Of a DNA stretch of 64,000 nucleotides, positions 18,589 through 30,000 are shown piece after piece; within the stretch, counting starts at the first letter, position 1; the number at the start of each line of letters is the position of its first letter. This DNA is from a virus. Position numbers and translations under genes: made by a program. The DNA lies in the IMG/VR virus record IMGVR_UViG_3300044681_000369, positions 76,971 to 140,970 of that record; one strand, given 5' to 3'. The notes beneath the pieces were generated by a model, which did not search any database, was not told the origin of the DNA, and saw nothing but the letters and a program-made list of their open reading frames with translations.

Positions 18589-21500
18589 TTAGATTGAATA
18601 ATTCGTGCCGACGTAATCACCGGAATGAAAGTCGCCAGCCCAATAATCCTGTATATTTATAATGCCTGACTCACTAGTTCCTAAAGTATCTACTGTCTGT
18701 TTTGCCAGAGATGAACTCTGATTTTCCATTAAGTGTAATGTTGACTGCGCACCGCCCCCATTTGAGGCTATTGATATATTTTCATTTACTTCATTTGTCT
18801 CATTTACAACAGGACCATGGAAAACAATACGATCATCGCCTACTGATGTTGCATCTACAACACTCTTTACTGTGTGTCCAGAAAATACATCGGTTACTAT
18901 CGGATCGTCATTAGGAACAGTAAATACTGGCTGATTAACTACAGTATCCGAAGTAGATACAACTTCTGTAATAACTTTCTGATATGTTACATTATATAGC
19001 TCACCTACAATTGCGTTTTCTACTATAACTTTTTCCATAGAATATATGGCATTATCAATAGCTTTAAGAATTACGTCTGAATTTGCAACATAATCCTCAG
19101 CAAAGTAGGCTGGTTGACCTGGATCCATATATGGCGTTTCGATCAAGGAATCACTTGAAGCATCCAAATACTTCTCAAACATTGTGGTGCGATCTTCACT
19201 ATGAGATGCAACATCTGATAGTAATTTTACAACATCAATATTTGTGTTTGTTGTTGTAAGTCCATAATCAGCAAGAGATTTGCCTACATCAAACGTTTCT
19301 GCATGTAAGGTTGTTGCAGTATCGGTTTCACCTTTTTCAACTAATGTGAAAGAAGAGTCAAATGCGCCGCTCGTTGAGTCTGATGTTGGTTTATAATAAT
19401 CCGCAACATGTGATTCGGAAAGTGTGGCTACATCTGCCAGCTCTTTCAGGAATTCCACAGCAACAACTTCATTGGTATCTAACAATTCAGATACAAGATT
19501 ATAGAAGTGAATTGGCTGTCTCTGAATGTTGAACGTACCAAAAGAGATAGTATTTCGAATTAATAATTCTCCAAATAATGCCATACCTGCTGGATGTACG
19601 GTATTCTTTACCATTGTCATCCAGTTTACGGACGGGATCTTTGACCGAATTACATATGAATAGTTCTGATAGTATAAGTTGTCCTGAAGTTTATTAACAT
19701 CAGACAACATGCCTCTTCTATCTTTATTTCTTCCAAGTCTTTGTGTTATTGCACCGGTTTCAATTCGAAGTGTCGCAACACCATTTCCTGTTTTCGATGT
19801 GATGTTGACATCAATTACTTGATTTTCAAATCCTGAACCGGAAGAGAAGACGGTTACCGCTGTAGGCGCACCATCTGCATCAACAGATGTAATCTGAATA
19901 CTTGCTTTGTTGTCAACACCAGTCTTAACATAATCGCCAGCAAAATAATTTAAACTTGTATCTCGATAGGAATAGACATATGTTCCGGCAATACCGGACT
20001 CAATAATGTCATATACTTCATTTACCTTAAATCCATAATTTGGTGTACCAGTAGTTTCAATGACTGAAACACTAGAAATGCCTCTGGTTAAATAACCATA
20101 TTTTACAGTTGGATCAGTTTCTAGATATACATATGTTTCAATATCGGTGGTGTCAAACTCAACATTAGTGTCTTCTGTGTTATAATTTTCTCCACCAGCA
20201 ATCATGGTAACATATTTTATGCCACCATTTCCATCTAGAACTGCTCTTGCTTGTGCGCCACTTGCATCATTATCGCCGACAAAATTGACGGTTGGCGCGG
20301 CAAAATAGCCGCTGCCATTCGAATCTAGTGCATCAATAAATCTGTGTTCGGATCCTGTGCCTACACCAGTAAAGTTTATAAAATATTCTTTAGATAGAAT
20401 ATTATAATCGCTTGATCCTGTGCCAGTAATATTAACATTGGAATACAACGATATGCCCATATATGGTTGGCTATCGTCGGCGTCTTCCTCAGTTTCTTTA
20501 TTTGCAAAGTAACCTTCTTCGGCATATCTTGGATCTGCATCTAGTAAGGTTTCTGCAAGTTTAATCGTATTGTCATCAATTTTAATTACATAATATGAAG
20601 TCCTATCTTCCAGTCCAACTACTGGATCTACAGGATTTTGATAGATTACAAGATCGCCAGTTAAAAATCCATGATTAGGAATAGTAATAGTATCATCAGC
20701 TACGTTTACAGCACTGCTACTAAAGAATGTTTTTGGTGTTATCCTGTTTAGGGAAACATCGTCCATGTATAGACGAAAATAATCTTTGTCTATCTTCTTT
20801 ACATAATAATGACGATATGAAATTAATCCACCAATTGGTTCGTTTCCATAACCAGGATCATAGACTACAATATCTCCGGTTTCTAAACCGTGATCTTCAA
20901 CAAAGATTCTGCCGTATCTTAATCCTACAGACGACCCAATTGTTGTCATATAATCTTCAGCAAAATAATCGCCTGGATCATCGTCTGTTGATGCAACATA
21001 TGCCGTTGAGTTTGCGCCAGGATCAAACACATATGATCTATCGGCAGGATCGGCAGTAACTGCCACAATTTCGCCGTCTACAATTAATGGTTGACCAGAT
21101 GCACCAGAGCCAGGAAGTGTAATTGTATCTTGGTCCAAACGCTCAACCACAAGTTCATATGTGGGTTTTGTTGAATACGCAAGTTTAGAAATTGAGATAA
21201 CCCGCAAATCGTGGGTATCAAAAGTGTTTACTCCAAATAATGTTTTTGGAGAATAAACTTTAATGTATTTTCCTGCTAATTCAAACGGATTACCTGTAGT
21301 TAATCCGTTTGTCTGAATTCTTATTATTTGTTCTCTTAACCATACACCATCAGATGCTCTGAGCATGTATTTTGATGGGTATATAATTTCAGGTTTTTCA
21401 TTGAAAAAGGTTCTGAAAAGAAACTCAATAGACTTTTCAGAACCCTTTGCCTCATAAAATTCTCGAATAAATTTAACAAGAAGTCTATCAGTAACTAATG

Positions 21501-21735
21501 TATTTGTCGGAAACATTTGGAGAAATTGTTCACTAAATTTAGGAACAAAGACATCCAAAGTTTCATTAATGTCAGACCAAGACGCGGCGTTTAATAATAG
21601 TCCGTTTGCTTGAGTTTCTTGATCCAAAAACTCATAGTATTTTTCTAGGAAAAGAACAAATTGAGGATATTCCTGCCTAATATAACTAGGCAGTTGATTC
21701 TCAATTAAATACGATAAAGAATTTTTAAAATTCAT
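18589..21735 (-). CDS. gp7: Baseplate wedge initiator gp7-like
   Basis: 'QLP.YIR..YP.FV.FLEKYYEF', 'FY.AKGSE.S..FLFR', 'LQDN.YYQ.YSYVI', 'VHPAG..LFG'; located between gp6 and gp8. Confidence 0.75.
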   Translation of the reverse strand: MNFKNSLSYLIENQLPSYIRQEYPQFVLFLEKYYEFLDQETQANGLLLNAASWSDINETLDVFVPKFSEQFLQMFPTNTLVTDRLLVKFIREFYEAKGSEKSIEFLFRTFFNEKPEIIYPSKYMLRASDGVWLREQIIRIQTNGLTTGNPFELAGKYIKVYSPKTLFGVNTFDTHDLRVISISKLAYSTKPTYELVVERLDQDTITLPGSGASGQPLIVDGEIVAVTADPADRSYVFDPGANSTAYVASTDDDPGDYFAEDYMTTIGSSVGLRYGRIFVEDHGLETGDIVVYDPGYGNEPIGGLISYRHYYVKKIDKDYFRLYMDDVSLNRITPKTFFSSSAVNVADDTITIPNHGFLTGDLVIYQNPVDPVVGLEDRTSYYVIKIDDNTIKLAETLLDADPRYAEEGYFANKETEEDADDSQPYMGISLYSNVNITGTGSSDYNILSKEYFINFTGVGTGSEHRFIDALDSNGSGYFAAPTVNFVGDNDASGAQARAVLDGNGGIKYVTMIAGGENYNTEDTNVEFDTTDIETYVYLETDPTVKYGYLTRGISSVSVIETTGTPNYGFKVNEVYDIIESGIAGTYVYSYRDTSLNYFAGDYVKTGVDNKASIQITSVDADGAPTAVTVFSSGSGFENQVIDVNITSKTGNGVATLRIETGAITQRLGRNKDRRGMLSDVNKLQDNLYYQNYSYVIRSKIPSVNWMTMVKNTVHPAGMALFGELLIRNTISFGTFNIQRQPIHFYNLVSELLDTNEVVAVEFLKELADVATLSESHVADYYKPTSDSTSGAFDSSFTLVEKGETDTATTLHAETFDVGKSLADYGLTTTNTNIDVVKLLSDVASHSEDRTTMFEKYLDASSDSLIETPYMDPGQPAYFAEDYVANSDVILKAIDNAIYSMEKVIVENAIVGELYNVTYQKVITEVVSTSDTVVNQPVFTVPNDDPIVTDVFSGHTVKSVVDATSVGDDRIVFHGPVVNETNEVNENISIASNGGGAQSTLHLMENQSSSLAKQTVDTLGTSESGIINIQDYWAGDFHSGDYVGTNYSI

Positions 21736-23612
21736 TAGTTATTGGTTCCAACAACAGAAATATTAAGTCCTCTAAGATAGCCGGACTCGGTATTTGCTAC
21801 CGTATTATCTCTTGCAATAACAGAGCTTTTGCTAGGATTAGCAAAAACGGCTTCAGTAGATACTTCTGTATTTCTTAGTGGTCTAACAATGACATCCGGA
21901 GAATTGTGTTGGCACTTGCTATAAACCCTAAAAGTTACACCATTTCCAGATATTCCGGTTATTAGTAATGCCGGAAATTTAATTCTACCAGTTTCATAAT
22001 TTACAGTACCAACACTATATGAAACTGGACTATCGTCTTCAACCCTAAACATAGTTAACGTGTTTGTATTGCTTGTAGTATAAGTATCCGCAATATACAC
22101 TTCTGCATTACTTCCACCAGCTAAAATAGTATTGAAGTTGCAAGACCTAACAGTTCCTGGTCTTAATGGTGTGTCAAATTTAAAATCAATAGTATTCTTT
22201 TCTCCTAAATATGGAGTATGTCTCTTGTGTAAAGTTACATCAAGATTTACCGAATACAAAGAGTTTGTTGTTTGTAAAATGTTATCCAAAAGTTCAGAAT
22301 AGTAAAAGTTCTTTTTAACTTTTGCAATATCATTTACAAAATAATTATTAATCTGCTCTGATATATACCCTTGAATCTGAGATGAAGATAGTGTCGATTT
22401 TCTTGCATTAAATTTAGCATTGACATTCAATGAAATGTAGGTATATTCTGGATCAACAAAAGCTGCCTGAATTCCAACTACACCTCTTGGTTCTAAGACC
22501 TCTTTCACAATCATATCTTTATCTTGTTGAGTAACAAATGACCCAGCAAGAGGTTCAATACAAATAAACACCTTTCCATAAATTGGCGGATCATTTTCTT
22601 CTCCGCCCCAGACAGTGATTGAATTGATATTCGAATATCTGCTATAAATTAGAGCCTGATAATCATCTTTAGTTACCGCTCTATTTTTTGTAGCATTAAA
22701 TTTAGGTGCAATATATCGGATTGAGTCTAAAGTTTGTTTTGGTGCCCCACCAGAGGTTGGACCTTCCGAAACATAAACAGACTCGCCCTCTGCTACAATT
22801 GTGGCACTTGTTGTTAACGATCTGATACCATTTGCAAGTTGTCCTGAACTTACAAGATATTCAACAAATACAATATTACCGGGCAATAATGCTTTTCCTA
22901 AAACATTATCTCCAAAACGCAACTCATGTTTTCCTGATCCATTTTCTTCAATGAAGAAAATTTCAGATTCTCCATCAACATCCAGAATGCTCTCTACTGC
23001 ATTCCACTGTGAAAGTACCTCTTGAGTTGCGCTCTGTTTAACTCTAACCAAAATGGTTGTAGTGTCAATGTCGGCATTGTTTAAAACCAAAGGACCAGAA
23101 ACGTTTTCGGTAGTTATAGTAAACGATTGTGTCACTCGTTTACCTTGAATTAAATCTACGGTAAATAAAAATTGGTCATCAGAAAGATCCGCATACACGG
23201 TTTCTTTAGGATAAAAAGAATATACTGTTCCGGTAGGAGAAGTTCCTCTAAATTCCGTAGTTCTGGAAATTGTTGCATTCCTATACAAACCAAGGTCTTC
23301 AGCTGGAGGAACTACAGTAATAGTTGCATCAAAAAGTCTTGCCGATCTTGTTGATGTTGGAGTATATCCCAATGCTTTTGCAATCGATACGGCAGAAGAA
23401 CGTTTTACTGCACTGTCAATGAACATCTCATTAGATAGAAGATGTGCTAATGTTGCATTATAGTGTGTATTGTATGCAAGCAAATCGATTAACACAGAAA
23501 GACCTGCGCCATCAAAATTATAATCAGCAAACTCTTCTTGCTGACTTAAAAATTGCTTTAAGTTTGCTTTGATACCATCAAAGTCTAATTCTGCTACGTT
23601 TAACTGTGCCAT
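21735..23612 (-). CDS. gp6: Baseplate wedge subunit gp6
   Basis: 'ELDFD.IK.NL...F.DYNF.G.GLSVLIDLLAYNTHY', 'RAVT..DY', 'WGGE.N.PP.YGKVFI'. Confidence 0.92.
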   Translation of the reverse strand: MAQLNVAELDFDGIKANLKQFLSQQEEFADYNFDGAGLSVLIDLLAYNTHYNATLAHLLSNEMFIDSAVKRSSAVSIAKALGYTPTSTRSARLFDATITVVPPAEDLGLYRNATISRTTEFRGTSPTGTVYSFYPKETVYADLSDDQFLFTVDLIQGKRVTQSFTITTENVSGPLVLNNADIDTTTILVRVKQSATQEVLSQWNAVESILDVDGESEIFFIEENGSGKHELRFGDNVLGKALLPGNIVFVEYLVSSGQLANGIRSLTTSATIVAEGESVYVSEGPTSGGAPKQTLDSIRYIAPKFNATKNRAVTKDDYQALIYSRYSNINSITVWGGEENDPPIYGKVFICIEPLAGSFVTQQDKDMIVKEVLEPRGVVGIQAAFVDPEYTYISLNVNAKFNARKSTLSSSQIQGYISEQINNYFVNDIAKVKKNFYYSELLDNILQTTNSLYSVNLDVTLHKRHTPYLGEKNTIDFKFDTPLRPGTVRSCNFNTILAGGSNAEVYIADTYTTSNTNTLTMFRVEDDSPVSYSVGTVNYETGRIKFPALLITGISGNGVTFRVYSKCQHNSPDVIVRPLRNTEVSTEAVFANPSKSSVIARDNTVANTESGYLRGLNISVVGTNN

Positions 23613-23613
23613 A

Positions 23614-24012
23614 TTATCTGCTTCTAGTTAACATTGTGGTGAATTTTGCCGGGTCTTTAATACCGTAAACATAAAATGTAATAGTCACCGAATAAGCATT
23701 TAAATCTGGATCTGGCTCAACGACAATTTGCTGTCGCCTAACTCTGGGCTCAAACTGATTAATCATCAAGTCAATCTGAACCTCAATTGAGTTTGCCGTA
23801 ATTGCATCAAGATTTTCAAATAGTAATTTGTATACTGGTGATCCCAAATTTGGCTGAAAGGGTCTTTCGTAAAACTGAGTTAATATCAGATTTTTTAAAG
23901 ACTGTTTTACCGCATTAACATCATATTTTTTAGACACATCCCCGGTAACTGGATTTGCGGTAAAGCCCAGATCAAAATCGGAATAAAGTCTTGTTATCTC
24001 TTTTGTTCTCAT
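23614..24012 (-). CDS. gp25: Baseplate wedge subunit gp25
   Basis: 'YSDFDL.F..NPVTGD', 'NLILT...ERPFQP.LGS', 'FEPRV'. Confidence 0.92.
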   Translation of the reverse strand: MRTKEITRLYSDFDLGFTANPVTGDVSKKYDVNAVKQSLKNLILTQFYERPFQPNLGSPVYKLLFENLDAITANSIEVQIDLMINQFEPRVRRQQIVVEPDPDLNAYSVTITFYVYGIKDPAKFTTMLTRSR

Positions 24013-24018
24013 AACTCT

Positions 24019-24025
24019 TATTTAT
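24019..24025 (-). promoter_or_regulatory. Late promoter ATAAATA 6 nt before gp25 ATG
   Basis: ATAAATA-AGAGTT-ATG. Confidence 0.6.
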
Positions 24026-24038
24026 GTCGTTTTGCGGT

Positions 24039-27000
24039 TTACCATCCGGGGAATTGAACAAAACCTGTAAACGTTGCTGACGGACCGCTTCGAACAGTCG
24101 AGTCATTATTCATGGTAAACTTCTGCCCTCTTTGCTGACCCGTTGTAGGATTAGCAATACCTAAGTGAATCCATGGGTTACGGCAACGATTTGCTCTTTC
24201 CAGAATAATCTGGTCGTGAGGAATATTCATTTGTGCAATAATTCTTGCCGCCTCAATAGTTCTTTGTGGAGAATAACCACAACTGATATATTGAGTATCT
24301 GCCGCAAGACCGCAATTGTGTGCTGAATATGCTCTACCGCGACTATCCAATCTGTTGTTTCTATAGCAAGAGCTAATTACAAAATTGCTTCCAAATCTTG
24401 CTCTAACAGGATCAAGAACCAATACCGCAAGCGTTCTTAGGTTCTTGACGATATCCCACGGAGAATACGTTTTGCCGCCAGTTGTTGTAACTGTTCTGGG
24501 CGTCATTCCAAACAACAAGTCTCGCAAGTGATAATACTTGGATAGTTTTATGCTCGGATCAATAGGTCCTTGCATTCTTAGTGGTGGCAATCTATTGCCG
24601 TCCATGTCAACATCAATATTTCTTCCAGAAATCGATGGGCTTGTTCCAAACGGACCAGCCTCAGATGATGGTGTGTAGTCTCCATCGCCCACATTTGCAC
24701 CACCGGAAGACGGTTCTGAACATGCGCTATCTGGAACAATTCTTGTTCCTGTAGTCTCATCAATGTCTCCGCCATCGTTTTGCATTGGAGCACTTGCGCC
24801 GCCATGGGAGCTTGCTGAACCACCACCAGAAGTTGATCTACCGCCTCTACCTGAAGACTGTCCCGATGATCCCTCAGACACAGATGCAACAGAAACAGAA
24901 ACTGGTTGCTCAACTGGAACAATTATTGCTTGTTCGGCAACAAGAGCCAATTCAGGTTCGCTTGCTGGATCTGCTGTGTTTGCTTCGCCCGCCGCAAGAG
25001 CATCAGAAACCGTAGGCGCAGATACAGATGCACCACTTGGACCCTTAATATCTGTCGTGTCATCCGGTGATGTATGCGTTCCTTTTAGATTTGTTGCTTT
25101 CGCATTCAATGAATCCGTATTTGTCGTTGATGCATTGAGTGTAGTTGTATCAACAATATCGGTAAGAATTTTAGATGATATTACCTGGCTAGCTTTATGA
25201 TATGTTACATTTGCAGACTGGGTAATAATTTCATTATCCGCCTTAATATTTGTTGTGCCTGTAGAATGTGTATTAAATGATGTTTCAGTTTTGACATTGA
25301 TTGCATCTTCTGCCTGCACATTTACAACGTTTTCTGACTTGATATTAAATGATGCAATTGACTCGGAATTTACCGAACCTGCTGCCTTAATATTTGTATT
25401 TCCTAAAGACTCAATATTGGTGTGCGTTCCTGATTTACTATTAACCTCTTCTGCCGCTCTCCACATAGAGTTCGCATCGGTAGATACGTTAATATCACCA
25501 ACAGATGTTAAGTAAGTTTCGCCCGCAACCTTCGTGTGATGATCTGCTTTCGATGTTACACGATACCCTGTCGTTGCAGTCTGGTTAATTGTGCCATCTA
25601 CAGTAGTATTAAAGTCCGAAGGAGTATGAACCTCAATGTTGCCGGTATTTTCCAGAGAAAATACACCTTCATTTCTCATGAAAATGCCTTGACCAGCGGC
25701 AATTGACAAAGCACCAGCAACGTTAAGATTGAAGTCGCTATGTACGTCCATGTTCAACTTGCCGTTGGTAGTCAAGTTACAATCATTCATGATCATGACA
25801 TTACATTCACCGGCAATGTGAATAGATGCTTTACCTTGAATAGAGATAAAACCATCATTGTCAACAATCATGTAACCATCGCCAACAATACGATTTACTT
25901 GTGTGCCATCTGGACCAATTTCAGTGAATGTGCCTGTTCGATGAGATATGTTAATACGCTCTGCGCCGGGTGTGTCATCGATCTCAATAGCATGACCAGA
26001 TTCGCCAGCAAAAACCTTGTTGTAGGGATATTGCGCATTATATGGGCTTTCAGGTTGTGACCATGAGCCGCCATGTCTACCGGCTTTAGGAACATCTCTA
26101 AGTCTTGTTGCAGTCTTTGCCGCTGGAGATGAGCCTCTACCCAAAGTATCTTGAGTTGTCGGTTCGTTTGGACTACTCTGAATATCAGGAGAATTTGTGC
26201 CTACGGCAAGAGGATTGGTGTCTGGTTTACCAGCAAGTTCAACCTTAGGATATTGCCCGTGTGGATCTTTAAATCCAGCATTAGGTGACTGCCTTTCTGG
26301 AGGCAAAATCGATTCGTTTGACGGAATAGATGTTGCATCTGCTGGTGCAGGATTAGGTGGCGTATTGTCGCTTTGTGCCGGAGATACAACTGAGTCTTCG
26401 TTTACCGTAGTTAAGTCTGGCAAAAATCCAATAATCGGTGGAGCAATGCGCTCAACACTCTTTGTTACTGTAACAAATCCAGTTTGAGTTTCGGTAATAG
26501 TTGTTGTAACTTTAGAACCGTCACCAAATTTTTCAACTACTGTTGTTACTGTTGATCCATCTTCTGTAGGAACACTACCCTCTTGCGATGCAACAGGCGT
26601 ATTATTTGAGAATGTCTTTTTGACTTTTTGTAGATTTGTTACAATTTCGCCAGGTAAAGCACTTCTCAGAGATTTTAGATCGGAAGAAATTGCAGTAGGT
26701 TGAATACCACTCTTGCGCTCTTCCAATATGGATTTAATATAAGTCTCATGCTGTTTTACAATTTCAGCAACCGATTCGAAATTGCTGTCTAACAAGGCAG
26801 CAATCATGTTGCTATAAGAAGTAGATTTGCCGTTGTTTAATGCAACGTCATCTTGTTTAACGCCTACTCCTACAGTTTTCTTTGTTCCAGAATATTTTGA
26901 TATTACTTGCCAAGTGCTACCATAAAACTCATGAGTTGTTGTGTGGTTAATATCTCCGGTTTCAACATTAGCAGTTTCTTCTACTCTAATTGCACCATCT

Positions 27001-30000
27001 ATAGAGCCAACAAGAAGTGCCTTTTTCTTTTCCAGCATGTTGGTATCATCAAGATCGATTCCGTTGACCGATGAGATAATTACATCATTTGCCTTAATCG
27101 CAACTATACCACCAGTAGATGCCCAATAATATTCTGCTTTGACCGTTGCACCATATGGAACAACAATAGGATTAGGATCAGTTGGCGGAGTAGATGGCTC
27201 ATCACCAGTTATTGCCGCAATTTTTGATGCTGGTAGCTGAGGTACAGCTTCTGCCGAATTTGTTCCGGTATCGGGAATAGGAGGAATTTCCGCTGGATCA
27301 ACCGGCAAGAATGAAGATATAATTTTACCTGTTGTTGATGCTGGTGCACCATCCGAGGGAATTCCAGTCTTTAGAGTCTCTGTTATGCTGTTTGATGCAT
27401 CTGCCAATGTCGCATCAATTGCCCCGCTGGCATTTGTTAGTGATGATTTTGTATCAGATAGTAAATCTTTGCCAGCAGACACGGCATCGGCTGCCGCACT
27501 TCCAGGAACTTTTGTCATTGCGGCGGCGCCTAATGCACCTGCGGCCGCAACGGCATCTTGTGCGCCAGTTGTTAACGATGACATATCTGCGCCAAGATTG
27601 TTGATCTTTCCTACATCTGGAACAGAAGACAACATAGACGATGCCGCTTTTTGTGCATCGGCTGCCATAGACTGTACTGAGGCTGTGCCAGCTTTGCCTA
27701 TAATTCCGGCTTTGTCTCCGCCTACTGCAACTATTGCCTCAGACTTAGCTTTGGTAAAGGCATCTACCATTCCCTTTTCTGCGCCCGTAGACTCAATCAA
27801 CTTCATGTTGAGAGATGGAAGAACTGAACCTGTTCCGCCCTGCTTGGCTGAAACTGTAGCAATCTTATCTGCAATTTTTGCAGGATCAGTAATTCCTTCA
27901 AGAGAAGAATTTAAAAGTGCAGTTGCGCCAGGAGGACACATACCTCTTCTATTCAACTCATTTACAACAGCCGCATTAGGATCACATCCTAAACCCATGC
28001 CGCCTTTTAAAGCCTCGCCAATAAAACTTAAGGATTCTGGACTACATTCACCAGAAGCGGCAACCGCACCAACGGCTGTACCAACAGCCTCATGTGCATC
28101 TTGCTCAACTTCATTTGCCAGCGTAGTGATCTTTTTAGCTATTGCAGTTGTGCTTTTTAAATTTGAAACTGAATCTGTTGCAGAAACGCTAGCCAAGTTT
28201 GGAGACAGTAGTGCTCCTTCAACACTTGTGCTAAGTTTATTAATGGTTGTTAGTGATATTCCTGTTGTTTGCTTTGTTATTGTATCCATTGAAGGAACAA
28301 TACTCGGCGCATCAGAAATTGCATTTGATATGCTTGTTACTTTATCAAGAGAAGATGCTGCCGCAGTTAATGGGTTGGCATCTAATGCTGTTGATGCGCC
28401 CTTTGCGGCAGTCAATAAACTATTTGTTCCGGGTAAACTCTTTGCGGCATCTTTTGCGGCACTTAAACCACTTGCAAGACCGCCAGCGGCACCGCCGACG
28501 GCAGATAATGCAGAGGATGCTGAAGGAACTTTAGGTAAAACTGCACCAGCTTTATCCAAAGCCGCCTTTGCAGTATTGATTTCTTTAATCTTCTCTTTAA
28601 TGGAATCTGCGGCCATGCCTAGACCAGCTTTTAGAATTCCACCAGTAGACCTTGAAAGATTGCCTGATCTAACTAGCCCATCAACAACTTTGTTTAGATT
28701 TCTGCTTGCTAGAATTCCAGACAATTCTGTTGCGGTATCTAATAATGCCTTGTTGCTGACTTTTGTTGTCGGCTTCTTTGCACCAGGCTTTAAAACAGGC
28801 TCTTCGGTTGTTACTTCTCTAGGAACTTCAGCAATAGCATTCCAACCCAAATCATACCAATATTTTGTATTAATACCGTCCGAATTTGTTCTAGTTGTAC
28901 CGCTTGCATATAAAATTGCAGTATCGGGATTTTCTGCTAAAGAAAGTGCCAACAAACCAGCAACAGTTTTTCTGTCGGTTTCTGGTGTGATGGTTTTTGC
29001 AAATAGCAACTTCTTATATGCATTTTCCATAATCCAATATGCAACTTGGTCCTGAAGTTTTTCATCAGTGACAAATTTTGTCATATTACGAACTTGAGTT
29101 GCGTAATTTGGTGGAATAGGATTATACATGAAGAAGTATTGCTTACTATTTGCCAACTCCTGTTTATAAGGAGCAACATCATAGTCTGCGCCAGCTCGTT
29201 CAGAAATTACTTCTGCATATGTCTTGTATCGATCAGCATTACCGGATTTGGTCCCGGCTTTTTCCATTGCTCGTTCTGACCAATCAAGAATGTCTTCAGT
29301 AATAAAATTTGTTTCAACCATTTGCGCAAGAGTAATACGATATGCGCCGTACTCACCTCTGCTGTGAACTTTTTTCCAATGATTTCTAGGACCATTAACT
29401 GGATATTTTTCCGCAATACCTTTGCGAATTTCCGTTAAGATAGTAACAATATCAGTCTTTGTTAGTTTTCCAATACCAACAGAATTTCTCGGAAGAGTGC
29501 TTGGCTTACTTTCATACCCTCGCTGTCTCTCTGCCGTTTCTGTTGTTGTGAGTAGCGCATCGAATGCGGCACCCAAAATTCTTGTTGTGTTTCTATCAAG
29601 ACCAGCAACCCGCATTGCTCCCTGAGCAACCGAACCCCAATCGCCCTTGTTAGCGGAGTTTAAGATACCAGTTGTGTCTCTTAGTAGACTGGCTTGACTG
29701 TTTGTGATAGCACCAACTGCTCTCAACTGAGCGATTGTTCTCTGCGTTGTTTGTGTTGGAGCTAGTCCACCCAAACCAATAGCAACAGCCCTAGATAAAT
29801 TTCTGCTATCATTTCGACTTAAAACGCCAGATCTGGTTATTGCTGAAAGTGCATCACCAATGTCTGGTGTTTTACCTTTAATTAAAGAATCTGCAATTCT
29901 TAATCCGCTTTTAACAGCACTTGCTTGCCCACGATTAATGACACCAACCTGCGCGGCAACATTGACAACAGTTTGTAAATCTGGTGCCTTTTTATTTTTA

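Noticed and set aside
27385-29055. 556-aa plus-strand ORF
   Set aside because: Antisense shadow of the Ala/Ser-rich part of gp5; no RBS, promoter or recognisable motif.
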